Assembly (NCBI GenBank): GCA_002104905.1
Contig: MCFE01000082.1
Span: 1 to 64,000, forward strand
Direction: 5' to 3'
DNA from: Basidiobolus meristosporus CBS 931.73
Lineage: Eukaryota > Fungi > Basidiobolomycota
Length of the DNA: 64,000 bases
The translations under genes were made by a program, and so were the position numbers. The notes beneath the pieces are model-generated. The model had not been told where the DNA came from and ran no database searches. It saw only the letters and a list, made by a program, of their open reading frames with translations. Shown here piece by piece: positions 36,000-49,477 of the stretch; the first letter of the stretch is position 1, and every line of letters begins with the position of its first letter.

Positions 36000-37004
36000 A
36001 TGCTTTACTCGAGGCTTGGTTCAGCTCTGATACTCATGACTCTGTCAGATATCGATGCGGCAGTCACCCAACACACCGCAAAGTCTTTGATTAACCCGAG
36101 CAACTCATTATTCGGCCCTTTCATAGAAGGCACTGCTGTAGATGATGAAGGGAATGTATTTGCTGTCAACTTTGGGAATGCCGCTAGTTTGGCGACCATA
36201 GGGCAAATAACCCCCCAGGAGCTATTTTACGAAGATAAATTTACGAAGGGCACTGCCTTAAATGCCTTGCGATTTTTCATCAAGGGTGATAAAGCATTCG
36301 CTTACGCCGCGGATTATGTTAATCATCGTATCGTCGAGCTAACCATTAACGAGGAAGAAATCATCTCCCGGAATTTCTGTTCTTCTCCCAACATGCTTCA
36401 GCCCAACGATATTGCCCTCTCCAGAAAGGGGTTTCTGTATCTATCTGGGATGCGATGGCGCCCAAACAACCAGGCAGGTGATGGGGATTTATGGATGTGT
36501 ACTCCCGACGGCACGCCTAAGAGAATAGAGATTCTGGGACGCACTAATGGCATCGAGCTAAGCCCTGACGACAGGCGTCTCTACGTCTCCGAAGCCTCCA
36601 ACAAAAATGGCTCACCTGTCAGCAATAAGATCTGGAGATACGATGTTGATCCAAACACAGGAACTGTTTCGAACAAAATGCTTTTCTTCGATTTTGTCAA
36701 AATCAACACCCAGAATATTGATATCGATGGAATGCGTACCGACCACAACGGGAATCTGTTCGTTACTCGAAATGGCGGCAAAGAAGTGCTGAAAATGTCT
36801 CCAGCCGGCGAAATTCTGGCCTCCATTAAGACCAGCTTTAGCTTTGTGTCAAATGTCGAGTTTGGCGGCACCAATGGCACTACTATGTTTATTGTTGGCA
36901 GATGTGGACTGAATACTGCGAGTGGCCAAGGCGTTGGATGTGTGGATATTTGGGAAAACGATGCGCCTGGGAGAGCCTGGTGGATTCTCCAGGATAACGA
37001 GTAG
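36000..37004 (+). CDS. SMP-30/gluconolactonase/LRE-family six-bladed beta-propeller, intronless, possible signal peptide
   Basis: Metal-ligand motifs FIEG, QPND, RTNGIELSPD and IDGMRTD; C-terminal NVEFGG. ATG at 36000 within the 35940-37004 ORF. Confidence 0.85.
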   Translation: MLYSRLGSALILMTLSDIDAAVTQHTAKSLINPSNSLFGPFIEGTAVDDEGNVFAVNFGNAASLATIGQITPQELFYEDKFTKGTALNALRFFIKGDKAFAYAADYVNHRIVELTINEEEIISRNFCSSPNMLQPNDIALSRKGFLYLSGMRWRPNNQAGDGDLWMCTPDGTPKRIEILGRTNGIELSPDDRRLYVSEASNKNGSPVSNKIWRYDVDPNTGTVSNKMLFFDFVKINTQNIDIDGMRTDHNGNLFVTRNGGKEVLKMSPAGEILASIKTSFSFVSNVEFGGTNGTTMFIVGRCGLNTASGQGVGCVDIWENDAPGRAWWILQDNE

Positions 37005-38422
37005 CGAATCAACACTGGTGGCTCAAGTTGGCTAGCGAGTTAATGACACCGTAGATAAGCAGACATGGTACACATTGGTACTCCATTGAATCTAAAGCAC
37101 AACCGTGAATTGATACCTGTAAATAGTAACCCATGTTGTAAATCGAAAACACTATTAATCAAGTAAAAATTGAGTACTAAATGTGGGAACTGGTGTATGG
37201 CCGGATGGTCAGTGACAGCAAGCATTCTCCAATACCCACTTCTATGGCAGGTATGAGGTTTATACACATATGCCACTTCGCACAGCAGTACTTGGCCTGG
37301 CAGAGTCATGACGTAGCTCCCTGCAGGTTGACCCTAACCATTTTAACTCGTTACTACGTTTTAACCGCTTCTCGCTCAGTTTGAAACAGCATGATTGGGA
37401 TTCCGGGCCCAAGCAGCCTTTGCTGTCACCCTCTCCGGATGTCGGAGGCTCTATTGATGCATTCAAATATTTACACCGTTTGATGAAGATTGCACTTGTT
37501 AATGCAACTGTTACTTTGTTGCCTTATGGTATGTATACATATATTTCACCGATAATCAGTCGACCACTGCAAGCCCTGATTCGTAACGTTGGCGCATGCA
37601 CTTCTCTGGTTGAGCATTCATGGTGGTGTTGAGTTACTTGTTCACGATGGTGCAGATACAGATTTGCAACGCCAAAGCACATCCATTCAGCACCACTCAT
37701 ATGAGCCAGGGCCACCCGCCTCACCCTTGGAAACCACAGCTTCGTAACCTGTGGATTAATCTCCATTTCCGCCTATGACTATATTAACTGAACGTTTTGA
37801 GTGCCACATTTATCAACAGATCGCTCACATGTTCAATTTGTTGGCAACCTGGTAGAGAGCATCCACACTTTCGGCTTGGAAGAAAGCCAGGCAGCCAATC
37901 GTTCGATTCGGAATCAAGCTATTTACTTCACATCGTATGTAACACTATAAAATCCTCCCTTTCCTTCTTATAAATACTATATTGTGCTCAGTGCTCAATT
38001 CCAAGACTTGCAATTGCTGCATAAGCCTGCCATTGGGGCTTAGTTTGACACCAGAGGGATCGCTAATGCAAGTATATCACTCCCTATATTTGGCAATTTT
38101 ATTCATCCAGCTGCTTAAAACGCCATGAATAGTGAGTGTGCAAGCAAGCATACTGATCAGTCAAAACAACCGATTTTTGCTCGAGCTTATAGATTAGCAG
38201 ATCCATACAATTCTCTTCGGTTTGTGATACATTTCACACCGCACCAGCAAGCTCAGGCAGATATAGATCCTTAACCAGTCACCCCGTATATTACAATCGA
38301 TTCATATATAAATCGGCTGCAGTTTTAATCAATTCTTTTCCCTAATCGACTACAACCATCACTTTTCATCCTCCTTGATACTGCAGAGCTGTTGGCTACG
38401 TGGAATGAACCAGACCTCCGAG

Positions 38423-39532
38423 ATGAACCTGTTCTCATATTTTGAGAGAATGCTTTTTGATCCGTTGGTTGATTTCACCAAGCTCATAAGCCAGGACATG
38501 CCAGTTGAGACTGATTGGTCTAGTGGTTATGCAGGCTCCTGGTAGGTTTGCTATTCTATCCTTCCCTCAACCACCCTCATTAACCGTGCTGGTCACCTAG
38601 GTTCATGAGCCCAAGACAGCACACGTTTGAGTTCTTGGTCTACCTCTTGGTTTTCACTCTTTTAGCAGCATACTGCTACAACAAAGGGTTTGGGAATGAG
38701 TAGGTTTGCTGCGATAGCTTGCCACTAACCTTTCTCGCTAACCTCCTGCTTCACACCATACAGAAAGACAACGATTATATCAGTGCACTCTTACCCACGC
38801 ACTTTTTTCGAGAAGCTCACTATCTTTGCTTTATCGTTCACGTTGTTCTTGGTTTTCGCTCACAAATACTTGACTGATAGCACCATTTTCATGCTACAAC
38901 CGTGCCACGTGAGTGTGGTCATACTACTCGTCGTCCTTATCTACCCTAAAAACCGGAGATTCCCTCACGTTCTATTTAACATTTACCTCAACATCATGTG
39001 GGGAACGTAAGTCCCCAAATTCGCTTAACTCTGAGTCTTACTTACCACTGGTTTCTATCCATGTAGAATCCTCGCCCTGTTATTCCCCGACTACAGATCC
39101 TACACGCTGTTTTTAGAGGTGGAAAATTTTGTGCTTGGTAAAAAAGATTTCCAGGGTTGCTAGTGCTATACGATACTTACCCTTTTGCCGCTAGAGCATT
39201 GGCTTATTTTGTTGACACCGCTCTACATTTTCTACACTCGCAAGATCGCCGTATGGAAGCCCTCGATCAGCATGACCGTTGCCTCCTATTGTTTCTACGC
39301 TTTGTACAACTCGGTGATCCTTCTACCATTTGCCCTGTGCTCTGGGAAGAACATCAATTATCAGTTATCCCCACCGGTCCAACTCTTACCGATCCTTGGG
39401 AAATACTATCGATTTGGCATGAACATCATCTGCTTACCTCTTACATTCCTAATGAGATGGATTCTTGTCTCTGTCGCTTTCAAACTAACTCCCCGCAGGG
39501 CAATCCCTGCCTCGACCAAAAAACTGACCTAA
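38423..39532 (+). CDS. TMEM164-family membrane protein, multi-exon
   Basis: DWSSGYAGSW|FMSPRQH.FE; IFMLQPCHV; FNIYLNIMWG; HWLILLTPLY...ALCSGKNINYQLSPP. Confidence 0.8.
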
Positions 39533-39877
39533 TTTAGATGCCCCTACAGCTGCAAGCAGACCATAGACCCGATGTGCAGCACATCCACTGGGAATCGTGT
39601 CTCGTGTAACAGACAAACAGATTTTATTGTTTTACAAATATTCAAAATAGAGTATCACCAACAATGCCAAAATATTACAATTTTTCGAAGTGAATTAAAA
39701 GTGTAAACTGAGAAGGAAAGGTAGACAGTAGGTTGCAAAGGGTCTGGATTCACCTTCTGATGAGCGTCCACGGTCGAGTACTGAATGCAGATCCTAACGG
39801 AAATATGGGGTTTTACGCAGGAACAGTGGCGGGGGAGGGGGTAAATGAGATATAGTGAGCGAATCGAATCACCCTTA

Positions 39878-41254
39878 TCAACGGTCTACCGATTCTGGGC
39901 TGGGCTTCTCAGACTTGACTTTCCGACTCTGGGTTTTCCGTGTTGGCTTCACGACTGGTGCTGATGCTGGTGCAGCGGTTTGTGTAGATTCAGCAGTCTC
40001 AGCTTCTCCAGTAACGGCCGATGTGCCTGGATTACGCCGGACCAAAGCTTCCGTGATACGCTTTGGGTTAATTTGCTCCTCCTTCTTGAACTTGTACTTG
40101 ATATGCTTTTGAGTGCGATTGGGGAGCATAGAGGCAATCAAGCTAAAATCTGTACCCCATTTAGCCAGTCCCTGGATTGAGCAGATCGTAAGCCTCGTGT
40201 AAGAGCCGAGAATGTAGTGAGCGTGATATACCTGATAAAACACTTCGGTTTCTTTTGGAGTCCATCTTTGAGATTTGATTCTGCGGAGATAAGTACCGCT
40301 GTTGACATATCTATCGGCTGTAGATTCCTCGACGACGTCCATGGGCTCCGTATTCCCACCATTGTTTATATTAGCATGGTCAACAAACAGAGATGTATCA
40401 TCCAGGATTAATTTCCCGTTAACCACACGCATCTGTGGAGCGAAATTGCTAGAGGGATTCGTTAGAACTGAGCGCCCTACTTGGACCTACATTGAGCGTA
40501 CCTTTCTTTCACAGATGGTTGAGTTTCAGCACTTGGCTGACTATCCTCAACGAAAGAATCCACACTTTCTGTCGAGACTGCCTCGCTTGCCTCGGTTTTC
40601 TTCTTCTTTTCCAACTTGGCTTTCTCGCGCTCCATAAACGCCTTGGTGGGCTTGCCCCGCTTAGTATCCTTGCAGAACATGAACAGGGGGACGTTAGAGA
40701 GATCTTCGCGAGCGACATTGCTTGTCTCCTCCGTGAAGTCGTCGATTTTCAAAAGTTTCTTGTTCGCATCCTTGGAAACGGAGGCTCTTCGTTTTTTCTC
40801 GGAGACTCCGAATGTTCTTCCAGGGGTGATAACATTCCCTTTGCCCACCGCAAGGTTTACGCTGGGCTTTTCCTTAGCCTCTGCGGTAGAAACGGTTACT
40901 TTTCTGAGAGGGGTGGGCGTAGATACTGCCGGGATTGACTCGACATTCGCCTCCACGATTTCCTGCTCGGCTGGATATGGCGTTAGTGTTTCCATTGGGG
41001 TGAAAACCAAGGCTTTCGCGACGTACTTGTACTCTTTGGGGGAATAGCCTCAGCAACATGTTTCGGCTCTGAATTAGGGGATACCTTCGTGGTTTCTTTA
41101 GGCTTTCTTGAAATACGCTGCTTAATGGTTGGGGTGAATCGAGTTTGTCCCTTGTCTATTTTAGGTAAGCATTAACAAGAGCAGCGAGCAAACAGGAGAA
41201 TACCAAAAGAAAAATACCAATTCTAAGGGAGGTCAGACTTCCAGGTGTGGACAT
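39878..41254 (-). CDS. BDP1: TFIIIB subunit B'' (Bdp1), SANT/Myb domain
   Basis: N-terminal DKGQTRFTPTIK; MRVVNGKLILDDTSL; YVNSGTYLRRIKSQRWTPKETEVFYQ|GLAKWGTDFSLIASMLPNRTQKHIKYKFKKEE. A further 3' exon near 39690-39795 is possible. Confidence 0.85.
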
Positions 41255-42302
41255 TTCAAAGTAGGCGTATTCGTTTTGGTAAAGATAGGGTTGAAACACG
41301 AGCTCAAGCACTTCTGTATGTCGAATAAACGAAGATATTCTCTGCCCTAGCTTTAACTATGACTTTTTTTTTCTCCCTTTTTTTGGCACTTGGATGTCGA
41401 CTGGTGATAAAATCATCTTATTTGAGAAAATGGTCGAGAAAATGATCGACCATCAGGGTACCAATCAATCCGAAGATAATGATTATACACTAGATTGGTA
41501 TATGGAATTGCGGATATGGCTTATTCGATGCGAAATTTAGGTGCTATGACAACACATGAATTTCGGCTTGGGTTAGGCACATGCAGTGAGCCCAGAGGGT
41601 CATCTGAGTTTCGGTTATAGATCGAGGTCTAATGATCAATTCAGGTTCCCATCTTGAACGACATATATATGCGTGATCTTTTTGGTTGCTTTGGATTGCA
41701 CTACGTCGAGATAGCATAATGCATAGATATCAGATGCCCAGACCATATTTTCCTCGGCGATTTTATAGATTAGTTGGCGCTAGTCCCTCCCGCTTCAAGC
41801 AACTATGATGAGCGCAACATTGGCAGTCTCAGCCAAGCTAAGGGGTGAAAGCCTGCGGAATTTATGCATTATGTTAATAAAAGTCATTAGAACAATACCA
41901 TAATATGTTGGTGATCCTGTGGTTTGGTTGGAGAGTCAGTCGAGCCTCCCACGCACTCTTGTGATATGCCCTTCTGACATTCTATGGATAGGGCTTGATC
42001 AGGTTTATTTATCCAGACCCACTGACCGTTTACTGATGAATGTGTGTGATTTCTTGGGAACGCATTTCATTGTTGATTCCAGGCATGTTTATTAAAATCG
42101 TTGCATTCTTTATAATCTCCATACAGTTGGAATTATTCAGAAAAGTATTGGCAGGGGGATCACTGATTATCTATTTGAGGTGGATTTTCGGAAGTGGCTT
42201 TCGCATCGGCGCTTATATTTTGATCACTGAAAGGATGAACAGGAGGGTGACAAATTTCTATGTGAGCCTCAAGTAGATTGCTATCTCACGACTACCCATC
42301 AC

Positions 42303-44718
42303 CTACCTCTTACGCTTATGTCGAGCCTTAGGGCCCCAATTTTTTGTGGGATTCTGCTGGAAACGAACCAACTTGATTTTACGTGATCCTGGTGTAGCAT
42401 CAGGGTGCTGAGTGAAATCCGCGTCAAAGCTGAAGTTGGAAAAAGACTTAGTGATCGCACCATAAGTTCTGTTGGGGGTCACTGTTGATTTGTTTACCTT
42501 GGCTTCTTGGACAGAATCTTGAATGCCGGTGAGTTCTCGGAAATGTTCTTGACTGGGTGTTTTTCGACCTGATTATACCCCAAGTTTGCGAAACAACCTT
42601 GATTGAAAAAAACAAGACTAAGCACTTACCCAACTCCTCATAACGTCCCAAATGATATCGTTAGGGGCATTCGTTTTTAGTGAGCCTTGGCAAGCATGGG
42701 ATACGCTGACTCTATACCCTTTGTTCAAAAGAGCTGAGCTGTAAATTAGCAGGATGGATGTAAGCGTCGGGCTCAACTGGGCAAACATAATATCACGAAC
42801 CAAACTGAGAGAAGGGACGGGCTAATGCAATGAAGCGTCCCTGTAAGACCAGACAAAGTGTAGTAAAAGGGGTCATCCAACTCCTGTTAATCAGCATGAT
42901 TTTTCAGTGGGTAACCTCTGCATAAAAATCAGAGCTAACGAAACTACCTCGGAGATAACGCTCGCCATTCCCATCATTCTAGGGTGTGTATTGTAGTCGT
43001 CTTTGGACTCTTGAATATTCTTCAGCAAACGAGTAACAAATTCTTTGTCGTGGATATTGGCCCCCCAGAATGGTCCGCCAACCTATTGACCATATTAAGA
43101 TTTGAGATCCAGCGCAATACGTAGGAGAAAATCATATTACATGGTGTTTGCTTCCGCAATGTTCGCAAAGACCGTTAACGGCGGGGCCTGTCATGGGCCC
43201 GTATTTCGTACTATTGCCATCAATGGTGATCTTTCCAAGTGGCTGGGTTTGGAATGATTTACAACCAGTACAATGATAGACCATAGACGTTTTACTATAC
43301 GCAGCGTAAAGGTCAGTATTAACGAACAAGTACCAATAGCTCTATATCAAGCGATATACCTGGCGTATTTCTTCACTTCAGCGGGGGAAGTAAAGACACG
43401 CACAAACAACCTGACATAGAAATCAATACTGCAAGACATCAAAGGTACAATCTGTCGCTTATAACGGGCTGCTGATGCTTGGAGCGAGTTCAAAACTAGT
43501 CTAAGGGCCTAGTTTGGTTTAGCAATGAGTATGCATATATGTACATCATTCTCCACAATATAGGGTCTTACCATCTCATGAGAGTATTCAGCTTTGACCG
43601 GCATTCCACCATATTTATAGAAACTGTCGAATATAAAAGCTATTAGGAATGCAGAGACACCCTTAGCAACTTTCACTTACCATGTTTCGGTATAGCTGTT
43701 ACTAGCAAGTACAGCCAAATCGGTGCAAGTGACACAGAGAAGTCCTTAGTTATGATTTAGCATTTTCCACATCTAATGTCAACACAAGCATGGGCCCATA
43801 CCTCCATCAGAAACTGCTTGAACTGCACCATCAATGAATGGGATCGCTGATCCATATGGATCAAGGTCAATAACATCATAACGCTTAGAAGGATCACGGT
43901 GTTCATACATTACAGAGCTAAAAAACAAATAAATCATTCGCCAGTGCCTAACTTTATCGGAGCATTAACACACTTACCACGCATCACCCAAGTTGGGTCG
44001 GACTTTATCCTCGCTTAATTGATTAAATTTAATGTTGCGTTTAATGGCATCTACAGCGTCTGGCTCGAGATCGTTTGCAACAACGTATTTGACATTAGGA
44101 ATTTCCTTAGCATAGCGAATAGAGCGAAGCCCAGTGGCTGACAACGCTTCGAGTACTGTAAATTCCTCCGAGGTGTCCTCACCTAGAGTAGACTTCTGAC
44201 ACAAGCAAATTCAATAAATGTGAGGAAATTAAACCTGAAGAGCGTTGTTACCGAGGCTTCATTATTCTGTGCCGACGCTGCAGGGAATAATACACGTAAA
44301 TAAACCTGGGAACACCCGCCTTGAAGCCCATGATATCTTTACCTCGGTTGGCTTTCTTTTTCTCGGCTTTTTTTCTCCTCTCTTCCGCGTATATTTCGCT
44401 CCAAGTTTTGATGGCTGCTATAGACATATCCCGATTGAATTGTTGTACCGGGTTGTAGAAAACCTCGTTGGACGTAGGGAACAAAATGGTAGCCTTCCCC
44501 TCGGTGACCTTATTATACAAGGCTTCATCAAATTGAATTTGACTACTTTCTGGAGTTTCCATGCCCAACTTGAGCTTAGTGTCGCTTTTGACAGTTGAGT
44601 GTGTGCGTATAGACAGGACGAATCGAGCTCTTGAGAAACAAAAGGCTGTATTTCGGCTGTATGTTTGAGCTGAGCGAGCTACAGAGTATAGTAAAATCTG
44701 TGTTCTGTGGTTTCTCAT
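42303..44718 (-). CDS. TRM1: tRNA (guanine26-N2)-dimethyltransferase
   Basis: [11 protein letters not shown]...[15 protein letters not shown]; [18 protein letters not shown]; VANDL; C-terminal [15 protein letters not shown]. Multi-exon. Confidence 0.93.
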
Positions 44719-45062
44719 TGACAAGCGGCAGCTACATACAGTGACTTCAGCGGTCAAAATATCAAAATAATAACCGTCTCAAGTCATGCTAATCATGAAT
44801 CAATAGAAAATTTATACTACATCGTTGACGAACCTATCATGATAGAGTTTGTACTTTGAGCAGATCTCTGATTGTATTTTTTGAAGTGGTTGATTAGGAT
44901 AGCGTGGTTGATGGAAGTCAAAATTCTCTAAATTAAGGCCTTATACTTCGCTTTTATGCATGTTGATACGAGTACATATTTACATTTGGAAATCGGACTT
45001 CAAAAATAAGAATAACAATAAATGATATTAAAAAGAATACAATGAGTAGAAGGATTGCGTAG

Positions 45063-46242
45063 CTACGATAGCTTAACAACGATACTACCAGGCAAAAGTT
45101 AATACGACGTTCGGGTAACGATAGAAATGATGTCGTACCAGTCGTGGTCAGTTCCCACAGATGACCTAGCTTTTTCAAGTTGATCTGGCTGAATTGTACA
45201 ATAATCATCGTGAGATCCAGGGTCGCGATAGATGAATAGGTTACGAGTCAAATCATATTGAATAAGAACAATGAAATGTCCTATTGAAGAATGTAAGTAT
45301 CCGTTTGGTTATTGTGAATTATCAATAATAGCGCTAACCAATATATTCTCCTTTCGGGACCGAGGACTGAAAGCATTTGAAAGGATTACAAAATCCTGAG
45401 AATACGTTTCGCTTCCGCTATTTAAATAGGCCATGAATATACGATACTGCTGCAACTAGCGAGTAGCCCTAACCTTGCATTTCTCACATTTCAAGAAGCG
45501 CAAATCCACTAATAGCAGGATTGCGTATTTCTGTCCTATTAAGAACCTTTTGAAATCAACTAACGGCAATATCCTGCAATAAAACTGTTATCCATATGGC
45601 CTTGTTGAAAATTCAGCTGAATCTAAGCTAACAATCGGATTACTCGAATATTATTCTTTTTGGCAGAAGCGAATTGACGTGAGACTCTTTCTTCGTCGCT
45701 CTCCATGGATTCTTGATAAAATTCCTATCAGAGAAGCTTATGAGTACAGAGAACTAGGTCTCAAATATGACCGTAAGCACCAACTTGAGTAGTATGAGAG
45801 GGATTAATTCCCATATAGCTAGTATAGTAAGTGAAATCGACATCGTAGAATTTTCTTATCAGATACGCTAGGTCAATAGTCCAAACTGAGTCCGTAGAAC
45901 AGGCTAGGCGTAGGTCAGTCATGGAAGTATTTTTCAAACCAAGTGCTCTAAAATATAACATTAATGATGAATCTGGCACCCATTACTTAGCAATCATACA
46001 CTAGGATCATGTAAACGCACGCCAAGCCTTGATTATGATAAGGTGAGAATATCCCTGACTGCGAATACAGTAAAAATAAGTCTTACCACAGTCCCAGTCA
46101 GCAAGCTGTTAGATGTGTGATACGATAGAACTAATGAGTATACATCCTGACTAGACAGATAACTTATTGGAGCTACCTGAATAACATGGGGAACAGTGCT
46201 ATTCCCATGTTCCGGCTGGGAATTGCTTGTGATTTGCGACAT
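45063..46242 (-). CDS. GUCD1: GUCD1-like (peptidase C39-like) protein, 9 exons, not recovered by the ORF track
   Basis: Manual splicing gives VPHVIQ|LADWDCG|LACVYMILV|ALG...SVWTIDLAYLIRKF...|EFYQESMESDEERVSRQF...|AILLLVDLRFLKCEKCK|...YIG|HFIVLIQYD...FIYRDP...EKARSSVGTDHDC|IVVKLS*. All introns are GT-AG and keep frame. Confidence 0.85.
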
Positions 46243-47927
46243 TAGGTGAAGTGAAAGGGAAGGGACAAGTACCAAAGGTGTTTAAGAATGGTATTGAACA
46301 AATTAGATATGGTTGATGAGTAGGAACTATCAGTGACTGACAATATATCTGAGTGAAGAGACTATCCGAAACAATCGAGCCAACAATATGATAGGATATT
46401 CTACATCATTATCCCGATCAGTATATGCAGTTTAGGAAAACAAATAAAACACTCAGCAAAAATTCGATAATAATGGTTAAAATGAAGACTCAAGAATGAC
46501 GCGATTTTCAAATACGAAAAGGGTATTTGTCACAGCAATCAGCGGTTGATTTTTCGGATCGCTTATGATGTATATGGAAGCATTTTAGGGTAATTAGTGA
46601 GTATCGTTGATGTCATTTGTAATCCATATTTTACCCAAAGCAAGGATGAGATTTTGACCTAGCACACTAAATCTCATGGATTGATTTTTGCTTTGGACAT
46701 CTAATTCAACAAGACTCGTATTCACTTTCAATATAATGACATGTACATTTTGCAATATCCATATGCATAGGTAAAACATATTAATGATCCACAGTAGGAG
46801 ACCCTTCTGTTACACTCAACAATACGAGGTACACTCCTCCAAACTATGGAGGCCACGGATACGGGTGAGACTAAATCAATGGTTTCGTTTAGCGACTGCG
46901 GTTGATAATGACCTTTTAACCATTAAAATCACTTGCGTTCTCGACTTTCCTTACTATATGGGATTACTAATGCTAGCTAGCACTTCATAGGATAAACCGA
47001 TTCTGGTCAGAGATTTCTTATGGATCCAGATGCATGGTATTCTTGACCAGAACCGTTAATCTATACCTCGGTATTGGCATACGAATGTTTTTGGTGTGCA
47101 ATCGGTGCACTTGGTTGTTACAATATGCAATCAAACACCAAAAACCAAGCTGCAGTGATCCCCTGAGGCTGCCTGTATCGGATAAACTTTGCTAAAGGTC
47201 GACCGAGTTCAGAGCCGACACATATTGGTGCTTTAGTGTACCTCCTAGATTCAAGAGAGTGAACAGGCAGAATTGTTCGCAGAAACTAAAACCAAAGCTT
47301 CTTCTGTTGCTTAGGGTTTTCAGACGAATGACTGCATCGTAACATATCTGCCTCCGGGGTATGTACGGGTGTACATGCCAGTAATTCTAGTGAACTACTA
47401 TAGACTAGTATGTCAACGAATCATATGTTATTTTATACTGCAATCTTTTCAGCTTCTAAACAGGTTTTGTCCAACCAGAGTATGAATCTTGTATACAATA
47501 AAAACTTAGGTGATTGTCCTATATTACAAGTGGACTACTTCATATAACTTCGGTTGAGATATAGTTGTAAAATGAAGTAGATGTAAGCACAATGAATCCA
47601 TTTCATATTTGCAGATGTCTCAATGTATGATAAGTTTCTGTAGGAATTGGTTTGAGATTACGATTGCTTAAGATATGTGAATCTGGGGATCATAAAATGC
47701 ATATATTATAAAACTATGAAGCACAAATTGATCGAGCAATGAGTTGCTTTATACAAGTTTCGTCAGGTGAACGTAGTACTTGCCAGATTCTAGTTGATAT
47801 TTGTACGTTTATTATATGGATGTGGAATATTTACATATAAATGTAGTTGTTTAGAAAGCGATAGCTGGTGCGAAATAGCACTTATGAGCTGAGAAGAGTA
47901 ACGATGTTTGAGAAGCCTTAGATTCGT

Positions 47928-48173
47928 TCAGGAGGAAACCAAAGGAACGGCGTCAGAAAGTACACTGCGAGGAGCAGATGGAACGTTTTCGATTTGAGGA
48001 ATATTCTTGGAGTATCGCCCGGACTCGGCATCCAGCGCTTCGTTCAAGTCAGTTCGAGCTTGCGTGACTAACAGTCGTCCTTGGGCAATAAGTTGATCAT
48101 CGCCGAAAATATGGCCAAGAGAAGCGCGAATGTAACCAGTGCTGGCGCGGGTGCTGATTTTCAAGTCTTCCAT
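47928..48173 (-). CDS. 81-aa orphan protein, paralog of 49478-49708 (remote CsbD-like pattern)
   Basis: 20/42 identities, ungapped, with the paralog over the N-terminus. ATG at 48173; TATA-like ctataaataa ~95 bp upstream. Confidence 0.65.
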   Translation of the reverse strand: MEDLKISTRASTGYIRASLGHIFGDDQLIAQGRLLVTQARTDLNEALDAESGRYSKNIPQIENVPSAPRSVLSDAVPLVSS

Positions 48174-49477
48174 ATTCTCTGGTGAGTTGATCAACTTCGA
48201 GACGATGTCAATGTGCAGGAGGGGTGTTGTAGGGATCTAATAAGTTACTTTGGCGAGCACAGTTGCATTATTTATAGCAAGCGGCTGACCGCAAATTTCT
48301 ATCCACTGTAACCGCTTCTTAATTTAGGAACCTCCGTGAAACCTATCAATACGAAATGTAAACTATTGTGACATAGATAATTTGACAAAATCAGCAGCCA
48401 CTAAATCTTGGGAATCTGGCGCGAATACCACATTTATTGGCTGTGAAAAAGGCTTTATTACAAACCAGTCCAATCACACAATGGCTGAGAAATCATTTCA
48501 GGCTAGTAAATTGGATATATACGATCCTCCAGGTCTAGATTGTTCCAATTGCGTGGGGGTGTTTCAAGCGATCCCTTTGTATACTGACCATCTAATGTGC
48601 AATGATTGATGGTGGTTGACGCGAGTTGGGGGTCAGCTTAGTACCTGTGACATGGAGAAGAATTGAAACGACTAACCAACATCAGCGACACACAACCCCA
48701 TGATCAGAGAGTCGATTGTTCTTGCACCAGTTTCAATATCAGTAGGTTTTCAGCTGTCAAACTTGCATGTATGTCTGTTCATATTCCACATTTAGCGGTT
48801 CCTTGCGGAGACTTCCTATTTAGCCGACACCCCACTAGACTGGGGGTTACACCAGTATAGTTGATTTATCCGCGCCCCTAAAGCAATTCCGGTGATGGGT
48901 ACCTACTGTAAACTGAAGTATTTTTAGCTTTGAGTCACATTGTGTCACCTGATGCAAGTGGCGTCTTTGAACAATTTATTTGAAATGGCTTGGTGTGGAT
49001 CTCAATATTTGGACAAATGTTTAACAATCGCCAACCTGAGACACGGGTAGAATGATTTACAATGAATTGATAAATACATTGGACACTGCCACAATAAGCG
49101 TACGTGGGAAACATGGAAGACAAACCCGATGTACCCATCGATTGGCTCTACGAAACCTAAAGTGCAATGCGTTTGTTCGCCCTGAATTCCAGACTATTCT
49201 GTTATTCTCAGGGCCCGAGATTTGATGGAACACCAAACGATCGTTCGGATTCTAGATGCTTTCTACACTGCAGATGATGATAGTCACATCAGTTCGCACC
49301 AAAACGGCTCAAAAGTTTTACAATTGAACGGATGGTACGATGAATGGTCATTTCGGGTCAGGAGCCTTACCAAAGGTTAGTATGTTTGAAACAAGTGAGC
49401 AGTGTAGTAGTATTTAAGAAGTTCGACTAAGCACAGTGGTAAGTAATTTCACCTCACCTCAATCCACTCATCAAACA

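Noticed and set aside
47087-47145. 11-bp inverted repeat gtttttggtgt/acaccaaaaac
   Set aside because: Single short instance with no TSD, second copy or ncRNA motif; compatible with chance.
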